From Felis catus (lineage: Eukaryota), in NCBI RefSeq assembly GCF_018350175.1, contig NC_058368.1:103914001-103978000 (forward strand): a stretch of 64,000 nucleotides of DNA. The letters run 5' to 3'. Below are positions 62,857 to 64,000 of the stretch, in pieces. Made by a program: the position numbers and the translations under genes. The notes beneath the pieces are model-generated. The model saw only the letters and a program-made list of their open reading frames with translations, was not told the origin of the DNA and searched no databases. Each line of letters starts with the position of its first letter. Position 1 is the stretch's first letter.

Positions 62857-64000
62857 AAAATCCGTAAGTATTATTTCCATGCTTGTTCTTGCCAAACATT
62901 CTTCTTTCCAAAAGGAAAAGGATCAGTATTTGGTTATTTTCTGTGTCGCTGTAACTTTAAGTGTTACTAAGATAAATATATAAATAACCTGTTAAAGAAG
63001 CCAAATTTTTTTTTTTTTTTTTTTTGGTACCAACCTGTTGGGGGTAGCTAAAAAACAGTGAAAGTGCGATCTCCATTGTTTCAACATTTACTCAATTTTT
63101 ATAACACAGTGTGGTTCCACATAAAGAATGGTGTTTATAAAAGCATATTCCATCTGTGTATTGGAGTTTGGGCTGAAGTTTTGGAAGAAAAATAGCTTTT
63201 CCTAGCTGCTTTGATTTGTTGTGTCGAAGGCTTTGGTCATAATCTCTCCCAGTGTCTGCTTTCCTTGGCTGCCCTTTCTTCTGCCCCTCAGCTTTGTCAA
63301 GTTCAGCTGATATTCTTTCCTGTTTAAATGAACGATAAAAAGATGATTGAGGGGGGAAAAATGCCATAGGTATAACCCTCACAAAATGTTTTTGTTTTCT
63401 CTCCCCAAAATAAAGTCCTAATTCTGTTCTAATAACTCAAGCCCAAGAAAGAGATAAAGTAGCAAAGGACATTTCTTTTGCAGTTCATCCTTTTATATAC
63501 TTCTCTTAAAAAAGAGGGATTGTGGCATTCTAAACAGCACTTCATAGTGGTGACAGGAGTGTTAAGTGGGCCAAGCAAGACTAGAAATCTGGACTGTAAA
63601 CTCCTAGCCTAGAAGTCAGCCCAGGCAGTGCTAAGTTCCAGTTACACAAAGCAAAATGATTCAAGTCCATGCGGCCGCTGGTAAGTCTTTACATCTTTGC
63701 ATTCCCAGTAGTCTACTCAGTTGAGGAGAGTGTTTTAATAGATTGAGAAAGCCTGTTATCTGTTCAGATGAATTCTGTTAACTTCAAACTCTTCAGACGC
63801 TGGGGAAAATAATTTTATAGACAATAAACATAACCACCTTGAAGTGGAAGGCCCCAAACAGCCACACCCTCATTTGGAACAGCTAGTTTCACAAATTCAT
63901 TTCAGTTCAACAAATACAGGAACGCCTGCTGTTGGTTCCATCGTGGTGGGGGAATACAGGAATGAGGGTTCAGAGGACATTGCTGGGGGCTGTGGCTACA

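Noticed and set aside
1..64000. Novel prokaryote-style system (CRISPR array, operon, defence island)
   Set aside because: The DNA is mammalian. The recurring units of about 200 bp are dispersed SINEs, not repeat-spacer arrays.
61749..64000. GRAMD2B exon 2 (expected to begin SEAENG)
   Set aside because: I found no matching sequence. It probably lies downstream of the window.

Overview
Mammalian genomic DNA from a felid (cat family), judged from about 60 tRNA-derived carnivore SINEs of the feline SINEC_Fc type. The window covers the 5' region of GRAMD2B (GRAMD3) on the + strand. I find three short, separate ATG-initiated exons, each ending in a GT donor at the same codon phase (phase 2): 6682-6809, 19590-19714, and 61660-61742 (the last inside a CpG-island promoter). 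These look like alternative first coding exons feeding one shared exon 2, which I could not find here and which probably lies downstream. Two of them are absent from the ORF track. There is also a processed NDUFA5 pseudogene (about 473-905, - strand) inserted in an L2 element. The rest is repeat-rich intronic or intergenic DNA: L1, L2 and MIR fragments, MaLR and ERVL solo LTRs, hAT DNA-transposon fossils, microsatellites, two perfect palindromes and several local duplications. I see no RNA genes, CRISPR arrays or novel multi-gene system. Gene and repeat-family names come from recalled sequences, not database searches, and repeat boundaries are approximate.
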